From the NCBI GenBank assembly GCA_977017645.1, contig OZ360225.1:186310001-186374000 (forward strand): a DNA stretch of 64,000 nucleotides, in the 5' to 3' direction. Source of the DNA: Torpedo marmorata (Eukaryota). The stretch's first letter is position 1, and each line of letters starts with the position of its first letter. The position numbers were made by a program, and so were the translations under genes. Positions 63,611-64,000 of the stretch are shown piece by piece. Below the pieces are notes generated by a model. That model had not been told where the DNA came from and did not search any database. It was given only the letters and a program-made list of their open reading frames with translations.

Positions 63611-64000
63611 TTATAGTCCGAATAAAAATTTCTCCAAAGAGAAAGGTCACCGAAGTAACTCAAAATCTCCAATTATTTAATAACTGCAGGTAAAGTTCAA
63701 AAATATTATCAACCTTCAAGTATATTTACATTATTAATAAAATGAATTTTGTCCTGAAACATAATCAACAAATTATCAACTGTGATGGTTAAAAATTGCA
63801 GCATTAAACATCTTGAGTTGGTGAGTGATCTCACACAACAGAACGGCCCTGATCTTGCTTGAGTGAACCATCTCAGCATGTGTGTTACCATCCGGGCTGT
63901 TCCTTACACCTTCTGCTTTCAAAACAGTTAACACACAAATTTCTTGAATGTGAAAACCTAAAACGCCTCAAGGCATTTGAGCATCTGAGATCTCAGTGAA

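Noticed and set aside
58962-64000. The upstream ADGRB1 exon (end of TM5 to ICL3)
   Set aside because: No matching peptide with splice sites was seen by eye. It probably lies beyond the window, though a miss is possible.

Overview
Eukaryotic, repeat-rich vertebrate DNA. The repeat inventory (CR1 LINEs, Penelope, Deu- and V-type SINEs, Rex1/Babar, L1) points to a cartilaginous fish; this is an inference. The only host gene is the 3' end of ADGRB1 (BAI1, adhesion GPCR) on the minus strand. Seven GT-AG coding exons (58961-58790, 53408-53313, 48021-47982, 45935-45292, 21730-21695, 21596-21492, 5704-5507) splice in frame from TM6-TM7 to the PDZ-binding C-terminus ...DIIDLQTEV*. The rest is intron or 3' flank filled with transposons. 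The most notable structures read directly from the sequence are: a composite hAT element of two inverted MITEs with one 8-bp TSD; a CR1>Penelope>CR1 triple nest; hammerhead-like motifs with a shared variant core in Penelope tails; a Tigger-like MITE holding four tandem SINE B-box units; a twin-primed L1; an inverted local duplication that exposes a MITE's empty site; and neurofilament-like KSP repeats in a Gypsy integrase tail. No prokaryotic features, CRISPR, rRNA or true tRNA genes were found. Boundaries of degraded repeats are approximate.
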